Source: Candidatus Nomurabacteria bacterium
Lineage (GTDB): Bacteria; Patescibacteriota; Minisyncoccia; Phycocordibacterales; UBA9973
Length of the DNA: 64,000 nt
Direction of reading: 5' to 3'
NCBI GenBank assembly: GCA_023267195.1
Contig: JAHFNT010000004.1
Span: forward strand, 603-64,602
Notes under the pieces: generated by a model
The model's database searches: none
What the model was told of the DNA's origin: nothing
Seen by the model: the letters and a program-made list of their open reading frames with translations, nothing else
In this document: positions 31,801 through 40,235 of the stretch, in pieces
How the letters are laid out: each line of letters starts with the position of its first letter
Position numbering within the stretch: the stretch's first letter is position 1
Position numbers and translations under genes: made by a program

Positions 31801-31981
31801 GCTGAAACTTTTTTCCGGAGTAATCGATGATTGGAGAAAATTCCTTAAATACTTCTCCAATGCCGGTTTCTACCAGCCATTTAAAGCTTTTGACCTGCGC
31901 TTCTATTAAATTTGGAAATTCGACGAGGGGTTTTTTGTATCTTGAAAAATACTTCTTAGGGCGCTTTGTATCGATTTGCAT
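28811..31981 (-). CDS. rpoB: DNA-directed RNA polymerase subunit beta
   Basis: 1056 aa with conserved beta-subunit blocks. Confidence 0.95.
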   Translation of the reverse strand: MQIDTKRPKKYFSRYKKPLVEFPNLIEAQVKSFKWLVETGIGEVFKEFSPIIDYSGKKFQLEFTSFSLEESKSDENNSKVNKLSYQGLLKARVKLTNKVLGTIKEQEIFMSELPLMTPHGTFIINGVERVIVPQLARSFGVFFTESETKGTRYFGAKVIPARGVWIEIESEADGGIYIRIDKKRKFPATALLRAMGYETNEMILKAFEKDPTVKETIKNCLEKDGVKSLNEAYIEIYKRLRDGDMATAENAKEFINSLFTAERYDLSPVGRFRFNQRFGKPMDEKEMERRTISKEDLISVIAHIVTLNNTPLAKADDIDHLGQRRVRFVGEILQQKIRTGMMQIKRNIQDRMSIIDVDTAMPIAIINQRPLQARIKEFFTTNQLSQFMAQENVLYEMEHLRTLSALGPGGLTRERAGLEVRDVHPSHYGRVCPIHTPEGPNIGLILHLSTYAKINDFGIIETPYAKVKNGKITGEIVYLNALEEEKYNIAHAGIPYDSEGKITKDKVEARVKTEPGMVSKDEVDYIDVAPNQAFSIATSMIPFLEHNNANRALMGSNMQKQAVPCVLPEAPLVATGVEELASRDSGRLVIATEDGVVSYLDAKKIVVKGKKEITYNLVNFLRNNNFAVFHQRPLVNVGDKIKKGDVLADTSSTVGGQISLGQNIFVAFLSWSGSTYEDAIIVSERLVKKSKFTSVYVEEFTCVVRDTKLGPEITTRDIPNVGELKLKDLDEDGVVRIGAEVRENDILVGKITPKGETELTPEERLLRSIFAEKARDVKDTSLRMEHGKRGRIIGVKIFSRDLGHTLEAGIIKKIVIEIAQIRNISVGDKLSGRHGNKGVISTILPEEDMPYTADGTPVDIILSPLGVPSRMNLGQILEMHLGMAANSLGYQAIVPPFLGAKHEEIKEELVKAGLPPNGRLQLFDGRTGEPFEQDVAVGYMYMLKLHHMVEDKIHMRSIGPYSLITQQPLGGKAQGGGQRFGEMEVWALEGYGAAYTLREMLTIKSDDILGRSQTFDSIIKNEIIRPPNSPASFNVLLNYLRGLALDVELKKSGDKE

Positions 31982-32107
31982 AAATTAAAAAAGGCTCAAT
32001 TAATAATAGCGAGCTTATAATTAATAAGGAGATTGCATCCGATACTCAATCAATGAATCCCAAACAGCCTATACTATTTTCACTTTTTTGTCAAATAAAG
32101 TTGGGGA

Positions 32108-32851
32108 TTATTTTCTTTGTTTCCATTCTTCAATTTTTTTATGATTTCCCGAAAGCAAAACTTTGGGCACTTTATAAGTTTTTATATTCTTGCCCTGAGC
32201 TTTACCGAAGGGGTATTTCAAAATTTCTGGACGAGTATAAACTTCACTGCTAGACACTCGCTCTTCCTCGAGAGATTCATATTTACCTAGTACACCCGGA
32301 ACTTGGCGAGAAATTGAATCGATCAAAACCATCGCAGGAAGTTCGCCGCCAGTTAAAACATAATCCCCGATTGAAATTTCTTCTGCCCTGAAGATCTTTT
32401 GCACTCGAGCGTCTATCCCCTCATATCGTCCGGCAATCAAAATAATATCCGTGTACTTTTTCTTAATCAATTTTTTTGCATAACTTGTATCAAACTTTTT
32501 GCCAGAGGGAGAAAAGAGAATTATTTTAATTCCCTCACCCCGTCTGCTTTGCATCCACCCCTCTCCATTTTTTTTTGAAATGGAGAGGGGGCGGGGGTGA
32601 GGCTTTAAAGCTACCTTCAAAGCTGCTTCAACTGCTTTAAGTATCGGCTCCGCACGCATGACCATGCCCGGCCCTCCGCCGTAGGGCTTGTCGTCAACTG
32701 GTCGATAATTATTTTTAGGTGCTTTTATAAAATCTCTGGGATTGTAAAATTTGAAATCTATCAATTTATTTTTAACCGCGCGCCCAAGAATAGACTCTTG
32801 TAAATAAGAATCAAACATTTCCGGAAAAATTGTGATTATATGAAAACGCAT
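32108..32851 (-). CDS. trmD: tRNA (guanine37-N1)-methyltransferase
   Basis: MRFHIITIFPEMF N-terminus and SPOUT fold motifs. Confidence 0.85.
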   Translation of the reverse strand: MRFHIITIFPEMFDSYLQESILGRAVKNKLIDFKFYNPRDFIKAPKNNYRPVDDKPYGGGPGMVMRAEPILKAVEAALKVALKPHPRPLSISKKNGEGWMQSRRGEGIKIILFSPSGKKFDTSYAKKLIKKKYTDIILIAGRYEGIDARVQKIFRAEEISIGDYVLTGGELPAMVLIDSISRQVPGVLGKYESLEEERVSSSEVYTRPEILKYPFGKAQGKNIKTYKVPKVLLSGNHKKIEEWKQRK

Positions 32852-32911
32852 ATCTTATACCTTATAGCTTATGTAAATAAAAAACAAGAAATATCACTAC
32901 TACAATTGCGA

Positions 32912-32949
32912 AGGCCCCGACGCTGTTCTCCTTTCGGAAGCGTCGGGGC
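32912..32949 (-). terminator. terminator of the GC-rich three-gene insert
   Basis: GGCCCCGACGCT...AGCGTCGGGGCC, a 12 bp stem followed on the minus strand by a T-rich tract. Confidence 0.5.
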
Positions 32950-32983
32950 CCGCGTGAGCGATATGCTCGATTGTGTGAACTAA

Positions 32984-33640
32984 CTACTGGGACGGCGAGA
33001 TCCCGGGGTGGGCATCTTCGCCGGTCGCCCCGCAGTTGAGGCACTTGTAGCGCACCCCACTGCGGACCATCAGGCTCCCGCACTCGTGGCAGTTGGGTGC
33101 GTCGGTGCTGTTCTGAAAGGGCTCGTTGTGTCCGCCAGAAACGATTGGACCAACACACGGATGCGGCTCCATACCGTCCACGGGCTGGAAATCGACCACC
33201 GGCTTGTGAGTCGGAGCCGCCACCGGCCTGACCGACAGGAACCGCGACGCAAGCCAGCGGACGATGTAGTCCACAAGACTCTCGGCGATGGGGATCTCCG
33301 GGTTCTTCGTGTAGCCCGACGGCTCGAACCGCATGTGGCTGAACTTCTCGACCAGGGCGTCGAGCGGCACGCCGTACTGGAGCGTGAGGGAGATGGCCGT
33401 CGCGAAAGCGTTCATGAGACCCGAGATCGTGGAGCCTTCCTTGGCCATCGTCAGGAAGATCTCCCCCGGGGTGCCGTCCTCGTAGAGGCCGACGGTGATG
33501 TAGCCCTCGTGCCCCGCGACCGAGAACTTGTGCGTGAGCGCGCGCCGCTCGTCGGGCAGCTTGCGGCGTCGTGGGGCGGCGTTGGCTCGCGCGAACGCGA
33601 GCACGACGCCCGGCGGGAAGAGAAATTCACCACTTTTCAT
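32984..33640 (-). CDS. TSCPD-domain protein with C-terminal zinc ribbon (stand-alone homolog of the class II RNR C-terminal domain)
   Basis: FSVAGHEGYITVGLYEDGTPGEIFLTMAKEGSTISGLMNAFATAISLTLQYGVPLDALVEKF matches the TSCPD domain. C-terminal CHECG...CLNCG. SD GAAGGAGGG. Strong GC3 bias. Confidence 0.65.
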   Translation of the reverse strand: MKSGEFLFPPGVVLAFARANAAPRRRKLPDERRALTHKFSVAGHEGYITVGLYEDGTPGEIFLTMAKEGSTISGLMNAFATAISLTLQYGVPLDALVEKFSHMRFEPSGYTKNPEIPIAESLVDYIVRWLASRFLSVRPVAAPTHKPVVDFQPVDGMEPHPCVGPIVSGGHNEPFQNSTDAPNCHECGSLMVRSGVRYKCLNCGATGEDAHPGISPSQ

Positions 33641-33664
33641 ATTAGGGCCCTCCTTCGGCCCCTT

Positions 33665-33892
33665 TTACCATTTTGCCCGGAGACGCCGGGCGGCGTTTCT
33701 GCGATCTCTCGCGCATGAATTTCGGTTTTTGCACCTAGGGCACTTGTAACATTCGTGCCCACCGTGCTTAACCAGCTCAGTGTAACTTCCACACAAGGTA
33801 CACCGAGCCTGTAGTGGATTGAGTGGATTGGTGGGCGACCAAAGGTAGTCGTAGCGGGACGTTGGGCTTAACCCAATTTCATCTCTTGGCAT
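33665..33892 (-). CDS. small zinc-ribbon protein (CxxC...CxxC)
   Basis: 75 aa. CTLCG...CPRC. SD GGGAGG. GC-rich. Confidence 0.5.
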   Translation of the reverse strand: MPRDEIGLSPTSRYDYLWSPTNPLNPLQARCTLCGSYTELVKHGGHECYKCPRCKNRNSCARDRRNAARRLRAKW

Positions 33893-34059
33893 GCCAACCT
33901 CCCGTTAATACTATTATTCGTAGTGACACAGCAGTCACTACAAAGCCCACAGACGCTGGGGCGGGTGAGAACCCCGCACTTCTCACACCTTACCAACGAA
34001 GGCGGCTTCATTCCCCATCCCGGAAACAGAAACTGCATAAGGAAGGATTTTAATGTCAT
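33868..34059 (-). CDS. small zinc-ribbon protein (CxxC...CxxC)
   Basis: CEKCG...CGLCSDCC. The internal ATG at 34059 is preceded by SD GAGGGGAGCGAGG. The ORF-track start at 34101 would be leaderless from the promoter. Confidence 0.45.
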   Translation of the reverse strand: MTLKSFLMQFLFPGWGMKPPSLVRCEKCGVLTRPSVCGLCSDCCVTTNNSINGRLACQEMKLG

Positions 34060-34105
34060 CCTCGCTCCCCTCGCTTTCTTTTTTTGTTTTAGGAACTTCA
34101 TCTAA

Positions 34106-34134
34106 AAATTACAATTTTACAGAGATTATGTCAA
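34106..34134 (-). promoter_or_regulatory. promoter of the GC-rich insert (TTGACA-17-TAATTT)
   Basis: Minus strand TTGACAtaatctctgtaaaattgTAATTTttagATG. Confidence 0.45.
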
Positions 34135-34144
34135 CACAAACAAA

Positions 34145-34166
34145 AACACCCCCTCATGGGGGTGTT
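34145..34166. terminator. bidirectional terminator after the KH-domain gene
   Basis: AACACCCCC-tcat-GGGGGTGTT flanked by T runs on both strands. Confidence 0.55.
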
Positions 34167-34191
34167 TTTGTTGTTAAAGCCTAGTGCCTAT

Positions 34192-34551
34192 TTATATTCC
34201 TTTCAACTCTTCCATTGCCTCGTCCACAGTCTTAAGGACTGAAGGCGCTGCGCCCATTCCGCTTCCTGTAGATCCCATGGGTCTCTCTGGTCTCATACTT
34301 CCTGCCGGTTCATTGATTTTCAGATTAACACGAGCGTTGTTCTTCATCCCAATGATGCGAAGCAAGGTGCGAATAGCTTTCGCGGTATTGCCCATTCTGC
34401 CGATAATCTTGCCCATATCGGCAGGATTTACGGTTAGAGTGATGAGCACGCCCATTTCGTCCACCGTCCTTTCGATTTTCACATCGTTTGGATTGTCGAC
34501 TAGAGCCTTCACTACATACTCCAGGAATATCTTATCAGCTTCTTCTTGCAT
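34192..34551 (-). CDS. KH-domain RNA-binding protein (YlqC/UPF0109 family)
   Basis: GKIIGRMGNTAKAIRTLLR KH motif. Conserved position after rpsP. Confidence 0.75.
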   Translation of the reverse strand: MQEEADKIFLEYVVKALVDNPNDVKIERTVDEMGVLITLTVNPADMGKIIGRMGNTAKAIRTLLRIIGMKNNARVNLKINEPAGSMRPERPMGSTGSGMGAAPSVLKTVDEAMEELKGI

Positions 34552-34647
34552 ATGTGTTTCAGAATTTATATTTTTAAATTAATTTTGCAGTTTACGACCG
34601 ATACTGCCTTGCTGTAATTATACTTCACCCCGCCATGGCTGGGCAAG

Positions 34648-34956
34648 TTATTTCTTCGCTTTCAACTCCTTCCTCTTTACTGTCGGTTTTTTCTTAGGAA
34701 GCACATTCACTTTCTTGCCTTCAATTACTTTGTCCTGTACCAAAAAATTGTGCATCGTATCAGAAGTCTTAGCGCCTTGGGAAATCCAATATTTTATTCT
34801 ATCTGTATTCAGGTTCTTTTCTCCAGCTTTCGGATTGTAAGTACCCAATATTTCTAAAAACTTTCCGCTTTTAGTGCTATTTTTTGAATCAGTCAAAACA
34901 GCCCGAAATGATGGGTCGTTCTTCCTGCCTATCCTCTGTAATCTTATTTTTAACAT
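34648..34956 (-). CDS. rpsP: 30S ribosomal protein S16
   Basis: MLKIRLQRIGRKNDPSFRAV... S16 N-terminus. Confidence 0.9.
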   Translation of the reverse strand: MLKIRLQRIGRKNDPSFRAVLTDSKNSTKSGKFLEILGTYNPKAGEKNLNTDRIKYWISQGAKTSDTMHNFLVQDKVIEGKKVNVLPKKKPTVKRKELKAKK

Positions 34957-35030
34957 ATCCGGAGTTTACCATAAAAAAATTTAAAAGCAATAAATTCACC
35001 CTGTCTGTTATATATGTTATATTTAAACCA

Positions 35031-36974
35031 ATGAAACAAATACCAAATAAACTAAAAGGCGTTATCTCTATCTCCTCCAAGGGTACCGGGTATGTAGCAA
35101 TTGGAGTTGAAAAAAATAAAGGGCAAGACCCAGAAATTGATTTTAAGCATTTAAACACTGCCCTACATGGAGACCTGGTAGAAATTTTATTGCACCCCAA
35201 AGGCAAAGGCAGACAAACCGCTGAGGTGACAAAAGTAATTTCTCGCGCCAAAATTCGTTTCGTGGGAATTTTAGAAGAAGAAAATAAATTATTTTTCTTA
35301 AAACCCGACGATACGAAAATGTACACGGATATTTTAATACCGATAAAAATGCTAAGTGGCGCAAAGGTGGGGCAAAAAGTTTTTGTAGAAATTATTTATT
35401 GGCATGATCCACGCAAAGCGCCGGAAGGAAAAGTGATAAAAATTTTAGGACGGCCAGGTGACAATGAGACGGAAATGCACGCAATCGCCCTAGAAAAAGG
35501 TTTTGCCGCTGAATTGCCAAATAAAGTAGAACTCGAAGCCAAGAAAATAAAAGAAGCTGGGATAAAGGAAGTAGATTATGCCGGTCGTAGAGATTTTAGA
35601 AAAACTTTAACTTTCACGATTGACCCCTCTGACGCCAAAGATTTCGATGATGCGATTTCGTTTAAAGAACTAGGTAAAGAAGAGTATGAAATAGGCATAC
35701 ATATTGCGGATGTGTCGTACTATGTAAAAACCGGTAGTGCTTTAGATGAGGAAGCGCGCAGCAGAGGAACTTCTGTGTATTTGGTAGATCGCACGATTCC
35801 AATGCTGCCAGAAGTGCTTTCTAATGATTTATGTTCACTTGTGCCAAACAAAGACAGACTCACTATGAGCGCCGTTTTTGTGCTAGATAAAAATGCGCAC
35901 GTCAAAAGTGAATGGTTCGGACGCACAGTCATACATTCGCAAAAAAGATTTACTTATGAAGAAGCGGAAACTTCAATCCATAAAACAGATGCCCCCCTAC
36001 ACAAGGGACTTGCAATTTTAAATAATTTGGCCAAAAAATTAACCAAGGAAAGATTTGCCAGTGGCGCAATTTCGCTTGAGCAAGAAGAAGTGAAATTTGT
36101 GTTAGATGAAAAGGGCGTACCAATCAAAGTCATTAAAAAAGAACGTGGGGATTCCAATAGATTGATTGAGGAATTTATGTTGCTCGCCAACAAAAAAGTA
36201 GCCCAAGTTTTGTCCCCCAAGAAAGGGAAAAATCAAAGAAATACAAACACCGATGACAGTGTGTCCATTTATCGCGTGCATGATTTGCCCAGTAAAGAAA
36301 AAATGGCAGATCTAGCGTTTTTCTTAAAGAGTCTAGGACATAAAGTGTCTCTACAAAATGGGATTATTCCATCACACCAAATAAATAAATTATTAGAAAG
36401 CTTGGCAGGCAAAAATGAAGCAGACACGGTACACAAAGCTGTCATTCGTTCCATGGCCAAGGCAATTTATTCGACAAAAAACATCGGGCACTACGGACTT
36501 GCCTTTGAATATTACACTCACTTCACTTCCCCGATCAGACGTTATCCAGATGTGATGATCCACAGATTACTTTCCGATTATCTGGCTGGTAAAAAAATGA
36601 AGCAAGACAAATTAGTCGAATATGAAAAAATGGCTCTCGTCGCTTCCGAACAAGAAAAACGCGCTTCGGATGCAGAACGCGCTTCCATTAAATATAAACA
36701 AGTTGAATATATGAGTAAGCGTTTGGGAAAAATTTTCGACGGCGTCATCAGCGGTATTACTGAATGGGGTATGTATGTGGAAGAATTAGAAACAAAATGC
36801 GAAGGCCTCGTGCGGGTGCGAGATATGGAAGACGATTTTTATGTTTTTAATGAAAAAAAATTGGAGCTTGTCGGGCAGAAGAAAAAGAAAAAATACACTC
36901 TCGGAGATCGCGTAAAAATAAAAGTAAAAGCAGTTGACCTAGAGAAAAAAACGATAGACTACGTTTTGATATGA
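35031..36974 (+). CDS. rnr: ribonuclease R / RNase II family exoribonuclease
   Basis: OB/CSD N-terminus, RNB domain and C-terminal S1 domain. Start moved to the Met at 35031 to avoid overlap with rpsP. Confidence 0.75.
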   Translation: MKQIPNKLKGVISISSKGTGYVAIGVEKNKGQDPEIDFKHLNTALHGDLVEILLHPKGKGRQTAEVTKVISRAKIRFVGILEEENKLFFLKPDDTKMYTDILIPIKMLSGAKVGQKVFVEIIYWHDPRKAPEGKVIKILGRPGDNETEMHAIALEKGFAAELPNKVELEAKKIKEAGIKEVDYAGRRDFRKTLTFTIDPSDAKDFDDAISFKELGKEEYEIGIHIADVSYYVKTGSALDEEARSRGTSVYLVDRTIPMLPEVLSNDLCSLVPNKDRLTMSAVFVLDKNAHVKSEWFGRTVIHSQKRFTYEEAETSIHKTDAPLHKGLAILNNLAKKLTKERFASGAISLEQEEVKFVLDEKGVPIKVIKKERGDSNRLIEEFMLLANKKVAQVLSPKKGKNQRNTNTDDSVSIYRVHDLPSKEKMADLAFFLKSLGHKVSLQNGIIPSHQINKLLESLAGKNEADTVHKAVIRSMAKAIYSTKNIGHYGLAFEYYTHFTSPIRRYPDVMIHRLLSDYLAGKKMKQDKLVEYEKMALVASEQEKRASDAERASIKYKQVEYMSKRLGKIFDGVISGITEWGMYVEELETKCEGLVRVRDMEDDFYVFNEKKLELVGQKKKKKYTLGDRVKIKVKAVDLEKKTIDYVLI

Positions 36975-37047
36975 CCCATTCGATAAAAACTCAGGCCTTC
37001 GCTCTGAGGCTCAGTCTCGAAGAGGTCATGGTGAGTAAAACCGAACC

Positions 37048-38064
37048 ATGAGAAATATTCTCTACACGCTTATAATTATCGTCATACTTTTCCCTGCTTC
37101 TTTTTTAGTGGAGGAGAAAGTCGTGCCCACAGAAATCAAAGAATCGGAATTTGTAACACTTGTATTTGCTGGAGACATCATGCTTGATCGCGGGGTTAGA
37201 AAATCGGTCGTAAAAAATTTCAGCAATGACTATTCTGCCCTTTTTGCGCAAGAAGAAGTATCAAGTATCTTTAAAAAATCAGATATCGTTTTTGCCAATT
37301 TAGAAGGTCCAGTATCTGATAAAGGAGTTGACCGAAAAAATTTATATTCATTCAGGATGGATCCGGCTATTTTGCCCGCATTAAAAAACGCAGGTATAGA
37401 TATTGTATCAGTAGCCAACAACCACGCCGGAGACTGGGGTCAGGCTGCCTACATTGATACACTCGCACGCCTGAAAGAAAATGGCATACTTTATACCGGC
37501 GGAGGATTGGATAAAACAGAAACAGAAATTCCAGTCACTATTGAAAAAAATGGCCTCAAAATTGGCTTTCTTGGATTTAGCGACAAAGGACCGGATTATC
37601 TGACAACTAATGGGGGAAAAGCTGGTGTACTACTCGCCAATGACCCGAATTTTGATGTAATAATAAGTAGTGCGGCGCAGCAGGTAGATTATTTAATTGT
37701 TTCCTTCCACTTTGGTGAAGAATACGTGAAAGAGCATAACGCTAGACAGGAATATTTAGCGCATAGAGCCATAGACAATGGAGCAAAAATAGTAATCGGT
37801 CACCATCCGCACGTTATCGAAGACACAGAAATGTATAGCAGAAAATCTTGCACTCAAAGTTCGTGCATGAGTTACATCGCCTACTCGCTCGGTAATTTTC
37901 TTTTTGACCAGTCTTGGAGCGCACCGACCATGGAAGGAATGATTCTCCAGTTAAAATTATTCAGGGACGGTTCTATATCAGCCACGAAAAATAATGTATA
38001 TTTAAATTCTTTTTTCCAATTGGAAAGAATGGAGAAAGTCCAAGAAGAAGTACTGAGGTTTTAG
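37048..38064 (+). CDS. CapA/PgsA-family metallophosphatase-like protein
   Basis: FAGDIMLDRG, FANLEGPV and ANNHAGDWG motifs. N-terminal TM. Confidence 0.7.
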   Translation: MRNILYTLIIIVILFPASFLVEEKVVPTEIKESEFVTLVFAGDIMLDRGVRKSVVKNFSNDYSALFAQEEVSSIFKKSDIVFANLEGPVSDKGVDRKNLYSFRMDPAILPALKNAGIDIVSVANNHAGDWGQAAYIDTLARLKENGILYTGGGLDKTETEIPVTIEKNGLKIGFLGFSDKGPDYLTTNGGKAGVLLANDPNFDVIISSAAQQVDYLIVSFHFGEEYVKEHNARQEYLAHRAIDNGAKIVIGHHPHVIEDTEMYSRKSCTQSSCMSYIAYSLGNFLFDQSWSAPTMEGMILQLKLFRDGSISATKNNVYLNSFFQLERMEKVQEEVLRF

Positions 38065-38072
38065 AAATAAAA

Positions 38073-40235
38073 TTATTTTGCAATTGCCGTCGCTTCGTCA
38101 AATTTGATCGAAAGCAGTTTCGAAGCTTCATCGCTACCGATAGTTACTCCATAAAGCACTCCAGCGCGAGACATCGTCTCGCGGTTGTGAGTGACAACTA
38201 TAAGTTGAGAATGATGCGAGAGTTTTTCGAGCATATCTCCATATTTGCGCGAATTTGCTTCATCGAGAGCGGCGTCCGTCTCATCAAGCACGAGAAATGG
38301 CGGTGGATTCACTTGCGACATTGCAAAGAGAAGTGCAATAGAAGTGAGAGATCTTTCGCCTCCAGAGAACGCATGAAGTTCTTTTACTTTTTTGTGCGGC
38401 AAAGAAACATTGATCTCAATTCCCTTTTCGAAAACAATATTTTTTTCTTCTCCAGGTTCTTCGGCATCATCTAACTCTTCATCATCTTCTCTACCATTTA
38501 CCCTTCTTTTTCTGGACTCCACTACTATAGAAAGAGAGCCATGCCCACCGCCAAACATGAGGGAGAAAAATTCTTGAAATTCAACGTTAATCTTTTTGAC
38601 TCCTTCTTTGAACTCAAAATCAATCTTTTCTTTCAATTCCGCAATGAGTTTTTGCAGTGATAAAATACTTTTTTCTAAATCTTCCAATTCCTTGGCTAAG
38701 AAATTATCTCTTTCTTCCATTTCTTTATATTCTTTCATCAATTCTGCGCCATTCCCGAGACCTGTATCTTCCAGTTTTATTTTGATGCGTTCAATTTTTT
38801 TCTTGCGTTCTTCCTGGAAATCATTCTCTTCCATTCCACTGACCTCAAAATTATGGTACGACAAAATTTCTGCCCCAAGGAGAGCATTACCTTCTTTAAT
38901 TTCATTCTCAAAAGACTCTCTTCTGTTTTTCAAGCTACTTTCTTTGATTATTATAAGATCTAAAGATCCCGATAATTCTTGATGTTTTACCTTGAAAGTA
39001 AATTTTTCTCGCTCTAGGTCACGCATCATTTCCATCTCTTTGTTGATTTCTTGTTTTAATTTCTCTACTGCCTGGCCAACCTCTTTTTCTTCATGTTCTA
39101 TCTGTGTCTTTTCTAGAAGAGCGGAATTCTGAGAATCTTTTAGTTCGGCTATTTCTTTTTCGTCATGCGCTCTTTTTTCAATCTGATCTTTATTGATTTC
39201 CTTGATTTCACTTCCGCATAATGGGCAACGGCCAGAAATAGTTGCTCTGTTTTGCTTTGATTCGAGCATGCCTTCAATCCGGCCAAGTTTGCGTTCAATT
39301 TCACTTTTCGCAGATCGCAAAGCATTTAATTTCTGCTCAATGGCTCTAAGTTCATCTATTTTTTTATTGCCTTGCTCAGAATCACCATATTCGATTTTGG
39401 AAATTTTCTCTGTAGTTTCTTTCAGTTCTTTTTCAAGTTTATTGCGTTCAAGAGCTAAGCTGACCTTTTCTCGCTCTAGATAAATACTTTCCCTTTTTAA
39501 ATATTCCAAATAAAGGCCGAGAAGTTCTGCCTGCAACTCTTTAGTTTTTTCAAATTTTTCTACTTGCTTTCTTAAAAAATTCAAATGCGGAGCATTTTCC
39601 CGGCGAAGCATTAACACTTCCTTCATGTTTTCATTTGTTCGTAGGAGTTTTTTCTCAGATTCCTTGATTCTATATTGGTAAACCTTGAGCCCAAGCGCGT
39701 CTTCTACCATTTCTTTTCTTTCCTTCGCGTTGGCGTTTAAAATTCTGTCAGCCTCACCTTGCGAAATTATGTGGTGGCCACTTGAGCCAATATTCACCGA
39801 GGCAAGCAGATTGTGAATATCTCGGAGCCTCACTTCAGTGCCATTTAAAATATATTTATTGAGCCCATCTGAATAGACTTCTCGAGAAATTGAGATAGTG
39901 TCATAGTTCAAATTCACCTCTTCTCCAGCGTCATTAGTAAGTTTGAAAATTTTATCAGCATTGTTTAAATGCATAGTCACACTAGCGCGCGTTCCTTGAG
40001 ATAATTTTTTTGACCCCTTGAAAATGAGATCAGCGCCCCCCTTGCCACGCATTGATTTCATGGATTGTTCACCTAAAACAAAGCGGATTGATTCTACAAT
40101 ATTAGATTTACCAGAGCCGTTCGGCCCTACAATTGAAACAATCGGGCTCTTGAATTCCAAAATAGTTTTTTGGGCAAAAGATTTGAAACCATTTAGCGAA
40201 AGTGTCTCCAGGCGCATAATCTTTATATTAATCAA
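38073..40235 (-). CDS. SMC/Rad50-family ATPase (short, 720 aa) with central CPLCG zinc-hook-like motif
   Basis: N-terminal Walker A GPNGSGKSN. C-terminal LSGGERSLTSIALLFA...LDETDAALD. Long coiled coil with RCPLCGSE at its centre. Lies downstream of rnc, as smc often does. Confidence 0.7.
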   Translation of the reverse strand: MINIKIMRLETLSLNGFKSFAQKTILEFKSPIVSIVGPNGSGKSNIVESIRFVLGEQSMKSMRGKGGADLIFKGSKKLSQGTRASVTMHLNNADKIFKLTNDAGEEVNLNYDTISISREVYSDGLNKYILNGTEVRLRDIHNLLASVNIGSSGHHIISQGEADRILNANAKERKEMVEDALGLKVYQYRIKESEKKLLRTNENMKEVLMLRRENAPHLNFLRKQVEKFEKTKELQAELLGLYLEYLKRESIYLEREKVSLALERNKLEKELKETTEKISKIEYGDSEQGNKKIDELRAIEQKLNALRSAKSEIERKLGRIEGMLESKQNRATISGRCPLCGSEIKEINKDQIEKRAHDEKEIAELKDSQNSALLEKTQIEHEEKEVGQAVEKLKQEINKEMEMMRDLEREKFTFKVKHQELSGSLDLIIIKESSLKNRRESFENEIKEGNALLGAEILSYHNFEVSGMEENDFQEERKKKIERIKIKLEDTGLGNGAELMKEYKEMEERDNFLAKELEDLEKSILSLQKLIAELKEKIDFEFKEGVKKINVEFQEFFSLMFGGGHGSLSIVVESRKRRVNGREDDEELDDAEEPGEEKNIVFEKGIEINVSLPHKKVKELHAFSGGERSLTSIALLFAMSQVNPPPFLVLDETDAALDEANSRKYGDMLEKLSHHSQLIVVTHNRETMSRAGVLYGVTIGSDEASKLLSIKFDEATAIAK

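Noticed and set aside
33008-33718. 236-aa plus-strand ORF antisense to the TSCPD gene
   Set aside because: Arg/Ala-rich antisense shadow ORF. The minus-strand frame has a clear domain match and SD.
37048-40235. CapA-like metallophosphatase as an SbcD/Mre11 partner of the zinc-hook ATPase
   Set aside because: Its motifs are CapA/PGA_cap rather than Mre11, and the genes are convergent, not co-transcribed.
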